Below, in pieces: positions 21,156 to 31,912 of a DNA stretch of 64,000 nucleotides. The position numbers were made by a program, and so were the translations under genes. Under the pieces are notes generated by a model. It was given only the letters and a program-made list of their open reading frames with translations, did no database searches and was not told where the DNA came from. Within the stretch, counting starts at the first letter, position 1. Each line of letters starts with the position of its first letter. Source of the stretch: Calditrichia bacterium (GTDB taxonomy: Bacteria; Calditrichota; Calditrichia; JAJRVZ01); assembly GCA_963765585.1 (NCBI GenBank), contig CAVXXB010000002.1, positions 55,841 through 119,840 on the forward strand, written 5' to 3'.

Positions 21156-22412
21156 TCAGGTACCCATTTCCCAGGAAGCCAAATATTCTTTTTGCTCTTC
21201 TGTCAGTTCATCTATGTAAATCCCCATGGCCTCAAGTTTTGCAATTGAGATCCAGTCTTCAATTTCGTCAGGAACTTCATATACCTCTGCTGAAAGATCA
21301 CGCGTCATCGCGTATTCCGTAGTCAGAGCCTGGGTAGCAAAACTCATATCCATTACACTGGCCGGATGACCTTCTGCCGCAGCAAGATTAATCAATCTGC
21401 CTTCGGCCAAAAGAAAAAGCCTTCTGCCATCGGCCATGACATACTCATCCACAAATTCACGCACATTACTGTTCTTTTTCTTTGCTAAATTTTCCAGATC
21501 TTCAATATTGATTTCCACATTGAAGTGGCCGGAATTAGTAATAATTGCTCCATCTTTCATTTCCTTAAAATGCTCACCTCGCAGGACATGAATATCACCG
21601 GTAATCGTACAAAAAAGATCGCCTTGTTTTGCAGCTTCGATCATCGGCATAACAATAAATCCGTCCATAGCTGCTTCCAGTGCGCGAATAGGATTCACTT
21701 CAGTTACGATAACATTTGCGCCCATTCCCTTCATGCGTGTGGCAAATCCTCTGCCGCACCAGCCATATCCGGCAACGACTACTTTTTTACCGGCAATCAG
21801 AAAATCAGTTGCTCTGATAATTCCATCCACCGTTGACTGACCGGTGCCGTACCGGTTGTCAAACAGATATTTTGTCTGGGCATCATTTACGGCAAACACC
21901 GGAATCTTAAGTGCGCCATCATTTGCCATGGCCCGCAAACGGATAACGCCGGTGGTTGTCTCTTCCATTGAACATATTACCTGATCACATTTTTCCGGAT
22001 ACTCAGAATGGAGAATGGAAACCAGGTCGGCCCCATCATCCATAGTTACAACCGGATCATGCTCCAGTGCGGCTTTTATATGCTCATAATAGCTTTTAGT
22101 ATTTTCACCATTTATTGCGAAGACAGAGATACCGTAGTCTTTTACCAACGAAGCTGCCACATCATCCTGGGTACTCAGCGGATTTGAGGCAACCAATACC
22201 AGGTCTGCGCCTCCGGCCTTCAAAGTACGGGCCAGGTTGGCGGTTTCTGCCGTTACATGCAGACAGGCTGCCATTTTTTTACCGGCAAGAGGTTTTTCTT
22301 TCTCAAAACGCTCTTTGATTTTTCTGAGCACCGGCATATCGCCATCTGCCCATACAATTCTTTTTTTTCCCTCAGCTGCCAGGCCAAGGTCTTTTACATC
22401 GTGCTTTACCAT
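21156..22412 (-). CDS. ahcY: Adenosylhomocysteinase (short type without the ~40-aa insertion)
   Basis: [75 protein letters not shown]. Confidence 0.97.
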   Translation of the reverse strand: MVKHDVKDLGLAAEGKKRIVWADGDMPVLRKIKERFEKEKPLAGKKMAACLHVTAETANLARTLKAGGADLVLVASNPLSTQDDVAASLVKDYGISVFAINGENTKSYYEHIKAALEHDPVVTMDDGADLVSILHSEYPEKCDQVICSMEETTTGVIRLRAMANDGALKIPVFAVNDAQTKYLFDNRYGTGQSTVDGIIRATDFLIAGKKVVVAGYGWCGRGFATRMKGMGANVIVTEVNPIRALEAAMDGFIVMPMIEAAKQGDLFCTITGDIHVLRGEHFKEMKDGAIITNSGHFNVEINIEDLENLAKKKNSNVREFVDEYVMADGRRLFLLAEGRLINLAAAEGHPASVMDMSFATQALTTEYAMTRDLSAEVYEVPDEIEDWISIAKLEAMGIYIDELTEEQKEYLASWEMGT

Positions 22413-22494
22413 GAGAACTCCTTGTTTGATTGATATATTAAGTTTATTGTTGTTTTTAAGTTGGTTTAGTTTAAAAGGATAAAATATAGTTCAG

Positions 22495-22560
22495 GTCATC
22501 TCGCAGAGATCTCTCGGATTGCGTGTACTGAACACGTCGAGAAGATTCCTTCGGAATGAC
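22495..22560. repeat. REP-like palindromic element, copy A
   Basis: GTCATCTCGCAGAGATC...AGATTCCTTCGGAATGAC; near-identical ends in copy at 35913-35978. Confidence 0.75.
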
Positions 22561-22610
22561 ACAAGAATCATCCTGCATCTTGTATCCTGAATCCTGTATC
22601 TTGTCTCCCC

Positions 22611-23813
22611 TCACCCCCTCTTCTTCCATATCTGAAAAAAGGATGCCAGTTGTTTTTGTTCGGTAAAGGATCCTTCATCCAATAGATCAAGGCCAAATTT
22701 GCCAATTCTTCGTTTCAATGACTGTGGATCAAATCCCAACCACAGATCATGCATCTGATCGGCAAGATCGCGCCTGCGGTGCCTGACAAAATCAACCAGC
22801 ACTAAGTTACCGTTTGTTTTCAAAATTCCGGCACACGCTTCAATTACCGAAAACGGATCCGGAATATGATGCAGGACCAATACCAGGAAGATGTTGTCCA
22901 CACGTGCCGCCCGTAGAGGAATTTGTCTTAGATCTCCTATGACCGGAACCAGGTTTTTCAGGCTGAATTCATCCCGTGTTTGTGTAATCTGGTCAATCAT
23001 CCCTTGGTCTGCATCCAATGCAAACACCTTCTGGCCTAAAATAGCCAGGGGTAAACTGACAAAACCGGTACCACACCCCAGATCAGCCGTAGTCTGCCCC
23101 TTTTTCAAATTCAGGCGGCTAATCATATATTCCAGATCAGAATCATTCAGGAAATTTGCCCGGATACGATCCCATTTTTCCGTTATCGAGGCAAAATAGG
23201 ATATTCTTTTTTTATCTATACCTTCGATAATATCAAGAGGAGGATTAAAGGGATTTATAAAACGAAATATATCGCTTATATTGATATACCCTGCCACATC
23301 TGAAAACCAATCCGGGAGCAATAGCATAATGTAGTTCTTCTGGAAGTTTTCCCGGGCTCTGGACAACAAAGCCGTTACAGATGACACTGTTATTTCCAGA
23401 TGTTGCCCGATTTCTTCATATGAGAATCCATCAATTTCGCGTAATAGCAACACCGTCTTTTGTCTTTCCGGTAATTTTATCAGAACCCGCTGAATCAGTT
23501 CCGGTTCATCGCTCTGCTTTAACCTGGTCTGCAAATGTTCCTCTTTTATCTCGGAAAATTCGCGCCTCTTTGAGGAACGGTAATAATTTATCACCCGGTT
23601 ACGCGTGACGGTAAAAAGCCAATTTTTCAAAGAACGTTGTGAATCTAACTGCGGCATATTCTTTATTGCAGAAAGATAAATATCCTGAAATAAGTCCCTG
23701 GCGACATCTGCATCAACTACAGCATTTTTTACAAAGCTGAATACTTCTGTCTCGTATGAATATAATTCTTTCCAGATTTTGTCTTGCTCAGCCACAATTA
23801 CCCTTATATACAA
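22611..23813 (-). CDS. ECF sigma-70 factor fused to a C-terminal class I SAM-dependent methyltransferase-fold domain (SahR-like sensor domain)
   Basis: Region 2 ARDLFQDIYL...LKNWLFTVTRNRVINYYR; region 4 LPERQKTVLLLREIDGFSYEEIG...LLSRAR; then YFASITEKWDRIR, DLGCGTG, ALD, GDL, VLHHIPDP, LVLVDF..H...HDLWLGF; single uninterrupted ORF; likely start GTG at 23795. Confidence 0.88.
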   Translation of the reverse strand: MYIRVIVAEQDKIWKELYSYETEVFSFVKNAVVDADVARDLFQDIYLSAIKNMPQLDSQRSLKNWLFTVTRNRVINYYRSSKRREFSEIKEEHLQTRLKQSDEPELIQRVLIKLPERQKTVLLLREIDGFSYEEIGQHLEITVSSVTALLSRARENFQKNYIMLLLPDWFSDVAGYINISDIFRFINPFNPPLDIIEGIDKKRISYFASITEKWDRIRANFLNDSDLEYMISRLNLKKGQTTADLGCGTGFVSLPLAILGQKVFALDADQGMIDQITQTRDEFSLKNLVPVIGDLRQIPLRAARVDNIFLVLVLHHIPDPFSVIEACAGILKTNGNLVLVDFVRHRRRDLADQMHDLWLGFDPQSLKRRIGKFGLDLLDEGSFTEQKQLASFFQIWKKRG

Positions 23814-23851
23814 ATGACTTGCACAAATCTTTCGCTAAGTGCAATATTTTT

Positions 23852-24491
23852 TTAATTTAGTATGGCAACGGCTCTGACCGGCGAACCGTCCGCATCAACT
23901 ATTTTTAAGGGGAAACACGAAAATATGAATTGACTATCAGGCAGTTGGTGTAAATTTGTCAAATTTTCTACAATCAATAAATCCGCAGCAAATAAAATAT
24001 GATGCACGGGCAGATCATCGGAGCCTACCGGATCCACTGAACATGCATCCAATCCTATGCCTTTTATATTTTGAGCACTCAGCCATTGTGCCGCAGCGGT
24101 TGACAAAACCGGGTACTCCTTAAAATAACTTTCCTGACCCCAATCTTGCTCATATCCGGTATTAAATATTACAAAATCGTTAATCATAAAAATTTCTTTA
24201 TTTTTCTGCAAATATTTCAAGTCTATCTGACCGTGCTTAAAATCCCGGACATCGATCAATTGTGCAGAACCATAAAATGATGTCCATCGGCATTTGATCC
24301 AGTCGTTTTCCCTCTTCCAGCATATGTGCAGGTGCATCAATATGCGTACCAATATGAGAAGTGATAACAATTTTTTTTTCATTATACCCCTGCGCTGCAA
24401 CCGTCGCATTCTGAATTATTTCAATCGGCTCTGTACCAGGATACAAAGGCATTTTTTGCTCTATCGTGTGTGATAAATCGATAATCTTCAA
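23852..24491 (-). CDS. Cyclase family / kynurenine formamidase-like metal hydrolase; one +1 frameshift near 24280
   Basis: IIDLSH, HIGTHIDAPAH, GIGLDACSVD, HHILF, IVENLTNL, DGSPVRAVA; span 640 = 3n+1. Confidence 0.85.
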
Positions 24492-24611
24492 CGCTGCTTT
24501 CCTTTGTTAAATAAAACGAGTGTTCATCTTTCAACATACTACCGGTTATCGGGATCCTGTTATATATTCATAGTGGGCAAGTTCAATACGATGACTAAGA
24601 TAACTGGTACC

Positions 24612-26207
24612 CTACAAAGATTTACTATACTTTATTGCTGATCTAAATATCTTCATGATGCCAAAGGGCATGCCCATCATCATTCCGGTACTCATGACAC
24701 CACTCATCATGGCCCCCACGATGCCATGCATACCTGTATCACCACCTGTCAGGTAGAGATTTTTAACCGGAGACTTGATTGTTAACCAGTCTGCGGAAAA
24801 TTTTTCCGGAATCGCGGGCAGACCATATATCACGCCTGCGCGGTGACCGGTAAAATGCTCGGTACTTAACGGTGTCGAGAGCTCTTTGTAATCGATTAAA
24901 TCTCTGAGTCCCGGCAAATGGGGCTCTACAAAAGAGAGCATATTTTCTGCGATTGTATCTTTTAACTGCTCATAATCGGCCCCACGATTCTTCCACGGCA
25001 AATCGGCCCATTTCTTAAAAACCGATTGATCTAAAAATGAGATCAGTTCCAGTGTATGGCTTGTGGCGGCAGGATTTTTTGCCGATGGACATGATACATA
25101 ACAAGCTCCCGTTTTGGCATTAATCAGATCATTACGATCGCGAAAGATCTGATCATGATCATATGACCCATAAATCCATAAATTTTCGCCGTCATACCCT
25201 GAATGTCTGGGATCGTCTTTTAGCCCCAGATAAAGTGTTACATTGGCTATACCGGCTGGAAATGATTCGATTTCATTTATGAATGATGGTGCAAATACAG
25301 AAGGTATCAGATCAAGATAAGTGGTCATCGCACCGGCGGCTGAGATAATAGAATCCGCAATATATTCTTTTTGCTCTGCCGATTCCTTTTTCCGGTGATG
25401 AACCACTTTGACTCCGACAGCCCTTCCTTTTTCAATAATTATTTCTGAAACTTCATGATTTACCAGAACCTCACCACCTGAAGCCTCAATGGCAGGAATA
25501 ATGTGATCGGCAATTTGTTTGGCACCACCAATGGGATACCAGGCTCCGTTCATATAGTGATCAGCTATCATGGCATGAGCTAAAAAAGCACTCTTCTCCG
25601 GGGGTAATCCATAATCGCCCCATTGCGAAGCGAGAACGGCCTGCAATTGCGGATCGGAGATATGCTAATCCAGGTAGGCTTTGGTGGTCTGCAGTGCGGA
25701 TCTGCGGCCCTTGACGGCAAGCATTTTACCAAAATATTTGACCATCCCGGGCAGGTTTCTTGCGATGCTCTGACGACCAAACCAACCTGGTGTCTTACGA
25801 TAGTCATCAACATACTGACGAATGGCAGTTGCTTCATCGGGAAACGCTTTAATCACTTCTGCAATGAACTTATCTTTTCCGGAACTCAATTCAATCTTAT
25901 GATCGGGATAGATAAATACATCATAGGGATCATTCATTTTGTTCCATTTAACTCCACCCCGGGATATAAAATCAAATATGGCGCGTGTGGGTTCATTCTT
26001 ACCCATACCACCAACATAATGCAGACCCACATCCCATTCATAACTGTTTCCTGCATTGCGCTTAAATACATGCGTAAAGCCACCGGGCTTAAAATGGCGC
26101 TCAAGTACGAGCACTTTTTTATTCCATAGCTGTGCGAGCAAACTGGCACAAGTCAGGGCACTAAGTCCCGAGCCAATAATGATGACATCATATTTTTCGC
26201 TATTCAT
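24612..26207 (-). CDS. FAD-dependent oxidoreductase, phytoene desaturase / retinol saturase-like; interrupted by in-frame TAG at 25665-25667
   Basis: YDVIIIGSGLSAL, LERHFKPGG, WDVGLHYVG, SQWGDYG, YPIGG, STPLS, NLYLTG.D; both ORF halves are in the same frame. Confidence 0.85.
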
Positions 26208-26250
26208 AAGCAATTTCTGTATTTAATGATACATCCGATGTTTCTTTTGG

Positions 26251-26426
26251 ACAGGATGCTGGATTCTGGATGCAAGAGTACAAGGTACAAGGTACAAGGA
26301 CCAAGGACCAAGGCTGAAGGAACCGGTCATTTGACAGGTCATTCTGTAAGGATCTTATAGCCGGGGCAGTTATGACAGATACAGGATGCAAGATAAAGCA
26401 GTCTGGATACTGGATGCTGGATATCT
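26251..26426. repeat. Cluster of 7-mer tandem repeats with a truncated REP-like end
   Basis: tacaagg x3, accaagg x2, ctgaagg; ggatgct/ggattct/ggatgca; ggatact/ggatgct; GTCATTCTGTAAGGATCTT..ATGAC at 26338-26376. Confidence 0.6.
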
Positions 26427-26592
26427 TTAATGATATCTGATATTATATTTTTAATATCTTACGATTTAACATATCAAATTAATAAATTGAGTCTGTATAA
26501 TTTTACATTACTTTTTTCTCAGGGACTTAGGTGCTTAGGGACTCTGGGACTTTTTACTCTTATCTCCGCAGATTCCCTATCCACTCCCCATC

Positions 26593-29500
26593 TCAATCAA
26601 ACTCAAACACATATTTATCACTATCGTGGTATCCCTTCTCCACAATCTCATTATTTTTAAAAATTGCCCAGGATGGCATCCTATAACGGTCACGTGTCAT
26701 ATGATAAAGTTGCATGGCACTATTGGCATTTAACAGATAAACAGCCCGTTCAGGATTATATGGATTTGGAAAAGCGGCGAACAATCCCTGGTCGGATCTG
26801 TTATATTTTTCATCCTGCCAGACAAACATATTTTTACCAGTGTCCAGATGTAATTCCTGAGTCAAATCCTGCATAAATGAATTATCAACCGGGTTACCCA
26901 ACACAATCAGATCGTAATTCTTCATATCCGCTTCCGTCACTTCACTATCCTTTATGACCGGTTTTAACTCTTCGGTGTACCTGTCAGCCAATGTGGTATT
27001 AAAGCGAAGTGCCAATGTGTGGTTGGCTTCGATTTGCCGTTTGGTACCATAGATGATTTTTGCATTATCAAAATCATCAAAATAATTTGACCAGGTATAA
27101 TAATTTTCATATTCCAGCGGGATATCACGAAGACTATTAAAGATGATTTTTTCCGGCTTTTCAGAAAAGGTAAAAATAAACCCGTTCTCTCTTTTATCCA
27201 CATTCAGCAATTTATAGGATATCTTATTTCCGGACTCAATTTCTAATGTGGTCAGGAATTGGTAGAACTCTTCTGCTTGACTGACATTAATCTGTAATGT
27301 CCATTCCTTGTCAGCGGGAATCAATTCTGCATTTATTTTAAGCGATGGCAAATCAGATCTTGAAAGCCATTGCATGATGAAAGATTTCAAATCTTTGCCA
27401 CTCACTTTATTGGCTACTTTTATAAAATCAGCTGTCGACATGTCTGATTCTCTGTATGTTGAATGTACCTGATTCATCAGACTGGAAAACATATCATTTC
27501 CCAGCAACAATCTCAATTGATGTAACAGGTAAGTGCCTTTTATGCGCGGAATCTGATAATACTTATATTGGTCATAGTTTCTTTTTGCATCAAGCGGTTT
27601 AATTGTACCTTCCTTATGAGTTGTATACAGGTATCTCACTGTCAGTTCGGACAACCTGTTTTTCAAATAACCAGGTATCTCTTCATCATCCTCAGGCAGG
27701 TTTTTGAGTATACGCCAATAGGCGGCGGATCCACTGATAAACCAGTTGTCTGCTTCCGATTCGGGATAAACCGTATTAAACCATAATTTTCTGCTGTCAA
27801 ATGCATAGTTTTCTGTAAGCGAGTCAAAATTAACTGAAATCTCCGTATCCGTCTGTCTCAGATTCATCTTTTTTTCTTGCTGCCTTTAATTTTTCTGTGA
27901 TAAATACAGGACTGGCCACCGAATATCCCAGCGACAATCGGGGAGTCGCGCCGGGCAGATCGGGGATGCGGCGATTCTCGCCGATAAATTTCTCACGCAG
28001 GGTCACCTTTCCGGAATGCGCCAGAAAGACCAGGTTTTCCGCCATTTCGGATGTGGTTATTTTACCGTCACAGGCATGGGGCCGGTTTATCGGTGCCGAT
28101 GCCCAGACATTGACACCGGCAATGGCATCAATATTACCTTTATTGTTCATGATAAAATTTATTGAAGGCAATATCTCTGTTCCAGGGTGTAAAGATAAGA
28201 TCATAGGGCGCATTATCTGCGTTGGGAATATATTCTTTCCTTACTTCCGGGTCTTTGTTATTATTGTTACACCAGTAAAAATCTTTGGTGTCGCCATAAA
28301 ATTCATTATTTTTACTGCGCCACAATTTATGTTTATAGGTTCCAAGCAACAGAACGGCAATCTCATCTGTTTTTGTATCGCCAATCAACCAGTCATTGGC
28401 ATACATGCCATTATTATTTTTCGTCAGAATATTTCACCACATCATCGATATCATCTGGCATATTGTGCGGCTTTTCTGATGCGGTTTGATTGCGGTGAGC
28501 CATTCGGATTAAACGGTGTCTGGGAGACCGTCGTTTCACCGATCATTATGCCTTTTTCATTTATATAAAAATCAGCACCGGAATGGATCCCGCCCGGGAA
28601 TGTCTGATAAACCAGACGATGTCCACTCGTTGGTTGGACATCACATATTACATTCCAATGCGGACCGGTGTAACCACCCCACATAAAAATCTGTCCAAAA
28701 ACAATTCTGCCATCGGTAGTTGAAGATTTATTAGCCAGAAATGAAGAACATTTATGTAATTTTTCGGGAATATTGAGTTCATCTTCAGCTTTTCATAAAA
28801 TTCAGCCCGGAAAGTGGATTCGCCGTTCGCGGCATGGCATATCGGGCCCACTCAATATCAATGGCAGAATTCATCGTAACCACATCAATCAGATCCAATT
28901 CGCGCTTAAACAATTTTATACCTGCTTTATTGGCGCCATCTGCAATACCGCGCATTTCTGTGAGATATTCTTTCTCATACTTACGCAACATAAAGGCATC
29001 GGCAATAAATCTAAAATCACGCCAACCTTGTTCGGGATCATTCTCATTTACTTCGATAGATAGTTTATTCATATATTCGACCATCTCTTCTGCAACCAGA
29101 TTACCATACTGATAACCACGGGTATATGGCTCACCCTCAATGTGAACAAATATCCAGCCGCGATCATCATAACGATATCCTTCATCAAACCAGCGTAAGG
29201 TTTCTTCGGGAATATATTGAGATATATCTTCTACTTTTTCCAGTGTGATATCGTCAAACCATGCTGTGCCAGTGGCATCGCCATTGTATCCCAGGTGAAG
29301 TCTGATCCGGTCCGATTTTGTGGTAGCAATAAAATTTACTTCGATTTTTTGCCAGTCTTTGGTCGCACCAGCTGAAGGTGAATGATTGGTAAACGGAAAT
29401 GAGGACATGGTAATGCAGGCTGCAACAGATGTAGGATACCGGTCTGTGGGATTACTAAATGCGTCTTGTGTTTTTACCCATGCACTCAATTGATACAGGT

Positions 29501-29777
29501 GCCCGATTTTCAATTCTACGGGTTCTGAAATGACGATTGTATTTTGCTGATAGGGATGATGGATCTGCAAACTGGAATTACCGGATCTGAAATTTTGAAG
29601 ATCAATTTTTACTGATTCGGGATTATCCGTTGACCAGCCTGACGGCAGTTTTTCTGAATTTGATGATTCAAAACCTCTGTTTTTTAAATCGATAATGGCG
29701 TTTTGAGCTGTAACATTAAATTGAAATAATAATACACACATAGTCAGCTGCAATAAAAAAAATAATTTTTTCATCAT
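26593..29777 (-). CDS. Secreted multidomain protein: CBM4/9-like domain + Ntn-hydrolase (C45 / phospholipase B-like) + degenerate M1-aminopeptidase C-terminal region; about five +1 frameshifts
   Basis: Signal peptide; NRGFE..LPSGW..AWFDDI; GWIFVHIEGEPYTRGYQYG; HKCSSFLA nucleophile; SGADFYIN..GETT; NNNGMYANDWLIGD; PHACDGK; KGTYLLHQLR..LG..F; ORF pieces 28785..29777, 28451..28684, 28140..28406, 27830..28213, 26593..27867. Confidence 0.75.
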
Positions 29778-29922
29778 ATCCGTTCCTGTTTATCTATTTT
29801 ATCGTTATCCTGAATCACACCTATGGGCAGATCCTCTTTGTTTCTTGGGAATTGGTTACTGGGATTTTGACATTTGCCATTAATGAAAACAGATTTCCCT
29901 GTTAACCACCTAAAAGTCATTG

Positions 29923-31005
29923 CTAGAATGCTTCTCCAACCAGAAATGTAAGCGAAGAATTATTATATGTTCCGATACCAAAATCAATCCGCAAATTGAA
30001 TTTTGCATCTGGCAGCACCATATATCGTAATCCAAATCCAGCACCAAATTTCATTGCATTCATTTTAAAATGACTAATTTTGTCTGAAACATCGCCCATG
30101 CCGGCAAAAAGAACAAATCCAAAATGACCCCAGATCATCTGGCGATATTCCATTTGTAGTGTCAGCAAATTCTTATCCCAATATCTGGCAGAAAATCCAC
30201 GCAACCGGTCATCACCGAGCACAGGATAGACCAGTATCGGTGCACCATTTGTAACCTGAGTCCATGTTCCTTGAAAACCGAGTATCCCATTGGAGAACAG
30301 TGGAAGAAAATGTCGTAAATCGATTTCATAGCGTATAAAGTTATAATCGCTGGCTATCGTTTTTGTATAATATAGCCATGTTGCCCTAAAAAAACTTCCA
30401 CTAAGTGGAAAGTTTACATGATCCCGTGTATCAAAATCCAGTGAGAGGCCTGCCCCGGATATTATAAACGGTTTTTCAGTCCCGGTATACAATCCGGTAG
30501 TGAGCTGTCCATCCGGTTCAGTTGATACCAGTGCATGAGATTGCACATTATATGCCAGGCCTATAAACAGATTTGGCATAACTTGTTGTTGATAATTCAG
30601 GTTAAGTTGCGCACCTTCATCAGTATATTCTTCGGCATCTTCTACTTCTGTATTATTCCCTATTCCATAAAATGTATTCGGGAACTTCATGTAATTTACA
30701 GTTCCGAGCATTCGGTTTTGCTGCCAGTACAATTGGGCGCCAAATTCAAGTATGATTTGTTTTCGCAGGGTGTAAATGGCCACAGTATTAATATTTGAAG
30801 TGTGTTGGGCCTGATCATTTTTAAAATAATGCATGCCATACACGCCAAAAGCCAGATTTGTCTGGTCTGTATAATATGTAACCGGATAAACTCCCCATCC
30901 TGAAGAAGCGGAATCTGCCTCACTTTGACCAAACAATATACTGCTGTTTATAAATAAGAATGCCAGCCAAAGAAAAATGTGAATTACATCCCGGTTATTT
31001 TTCAC
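29923..31005 (-). CDS. Omp85/BamA-TamA-like outer membrane beta-barrel without POTRA domains
   Basis: Signal peptide; FYGIGN, DTRD..NFP..G, LRGF, EYR, GFGLRY, NLRIDFG, terminal GEAF; GTG start overlaps DUF2141 stop (GTGA). Confidence 0.8.
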   Translation of the reverse strand: MKNNRDVIHIFLWLAFLFINSSILFGQSEADSASSGWGVYPVTYYTDQTNLAFGVYGMHYFKNDQAQHTSNINTVAIYTLRKQIILEFGAQLYWQQNRMLGTVNYMKFPNTFYGIGNNTEVEDAEEYTDEGAQLNLNYQQQVMPNLFIGLAYNVQSHALVSTEPDGQLTTGLYTGTEKPFIISGAGLSLDFDTRDHVNFPLSGSFFRATWLYYTKTIASDYNFIRYEIDLRHFLPLFSNGILGFQGTWTQVTNGAPILVYPVLGDDRLRGFSARYWDKNLLTLQMEYRQMIWGHFGFVLFAGMGDVSDKISHFKMNAMKFGAGFGLRYMVLPDAKFNLRIDFGIGTYNNSSLTFLVGEAF

Positions 31006-31442
31006 TCGACCCGAATCGACAAGGTATCTCTTTGTGATAAGAAGGTAAATTTTGCGTCCTCCCATGCAGCCGGACCAAATGATCCCGTTGCATTATTTGA
31101 AAAACCATACGCTTCGCTCGGTATCCCTAAAAAATTTGTATCTAAGTTTCCATCTTCATTTTCATCATGAAACACCTTAATTGCATAGGTTCCAAATGGA
31201 ATATTTTCAAACTCAACCATAGATGTGCCATCGACGATTTTAGCACTATCGCCTAAGAATGTATTATTCTCTATTTCATAATTTTCCTTCGAATTTGTGA
31301 GCGCAACCAGGACCACCCCATCATCGTTGGGCAGATCTGTCAAAAAAACCACAAGCGTTCCCTGTTGTGTATTAACAGAAGTAGAATCCTGAGCCATCAA
31401 TAATGACAATGGAATCGCCAAAAAAATCATTACCATTTTCAT
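31002..31442 (-). CDS. DUF2141 family secreted protein
   Basis: GTYAIKVFHDENEDGNLDTNFLGIPSEAYGFSNNA...GPAAWEDAKF; start MKMVMIF at 31442. Confidence 0.88.
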   Translation of the reverse strand: MKMVMIFLAIPLSLLMAQDSTSVNTQQGTLVVFLTDLPNDDGVVLVALTNSKENYEIENNTFLGDSAKIVDGTSMVEFENIPFGTYAIKVFHDENEDGNLDTNFLGIPSEAYGFSNNATGSFGPAAWEDAKFTFLSQRDTLSIRVE

Positions 31443-31485
31443 ATTTTTTTCCCTTTTTTTGTTAAGGTAGTGTAAAAAATAACCA

Positions 31486-31525
31486 CCCCGTACAAGTCTG
31501 GCTTCGCCATATTTACGGGGCAGGC
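31486..31525. repeat. Short palindromic element CCCCGTA..TGGCTTCGCCA..TACGGGGCAGGC
   Basis: Outer stem CCCCGTA/TACGGGG, inner stem TGGC/GCCA. Confidence 0.55.
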
Positions 31526-31807
31526 AGAATACACGGAGTAAATTATTATTATTATTTATGTTAATGCTATTTCTAATCATCTCCCCTCTGTGATCTCTTA
31601 TAAGATAACTCTCTTTATTCCTTCTTTTAATTTGTCAACATTAAAATTGATCAACAATCCGACTTTTAGATTTTCTACTCTCAGGTAAGATATTCTTTTA
31701 GAGTTCTCAGAGTTTTCCTCTGAGTGCTCTGTGGTTTCATCTTTTAATCCTGTCTTTCATTTTTTCATAGAACTTTTGACACTACCTTTGTTAATGTGAT
31801 GATAGAC

Positions 31808-31910
31808 CTCGGCCTCGGCACGAGATACTCGTTTCTTAACATCCATACGATATATAATAATTAAAAACCAGGACCAAGAGCCGAGAGACGAGAACCGAGT
31901 GCCGAGATAC
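31808..31910. repeat. Degenerate 7-mer repeats
   Basis: aggacca agagccg agagacg agaaccg agtgccg agatac; partner cctcggcctcggc. Confidence 0.5.
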
Positions 31911-31912
31911 TT

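Noticed and set aside
22413-22610. SAH/SAM riboswitch or SahR operator upstream of ahcY
   Set aside because: The structured segment is a REP-like repeat with another copy at 35913; no riboswitch consensus or clear operator palindrome recognised
26251-26426. CRISPR array
   Set aside because: Units are 7-bp degenerate tandem repeats without spacers; no cas genes
27897-28568. 223-aa plus-strand ORF and the many other short antisense ORFs in the track
   Set aside because: Shadow ORFs opposite well-supported genes, no motifs
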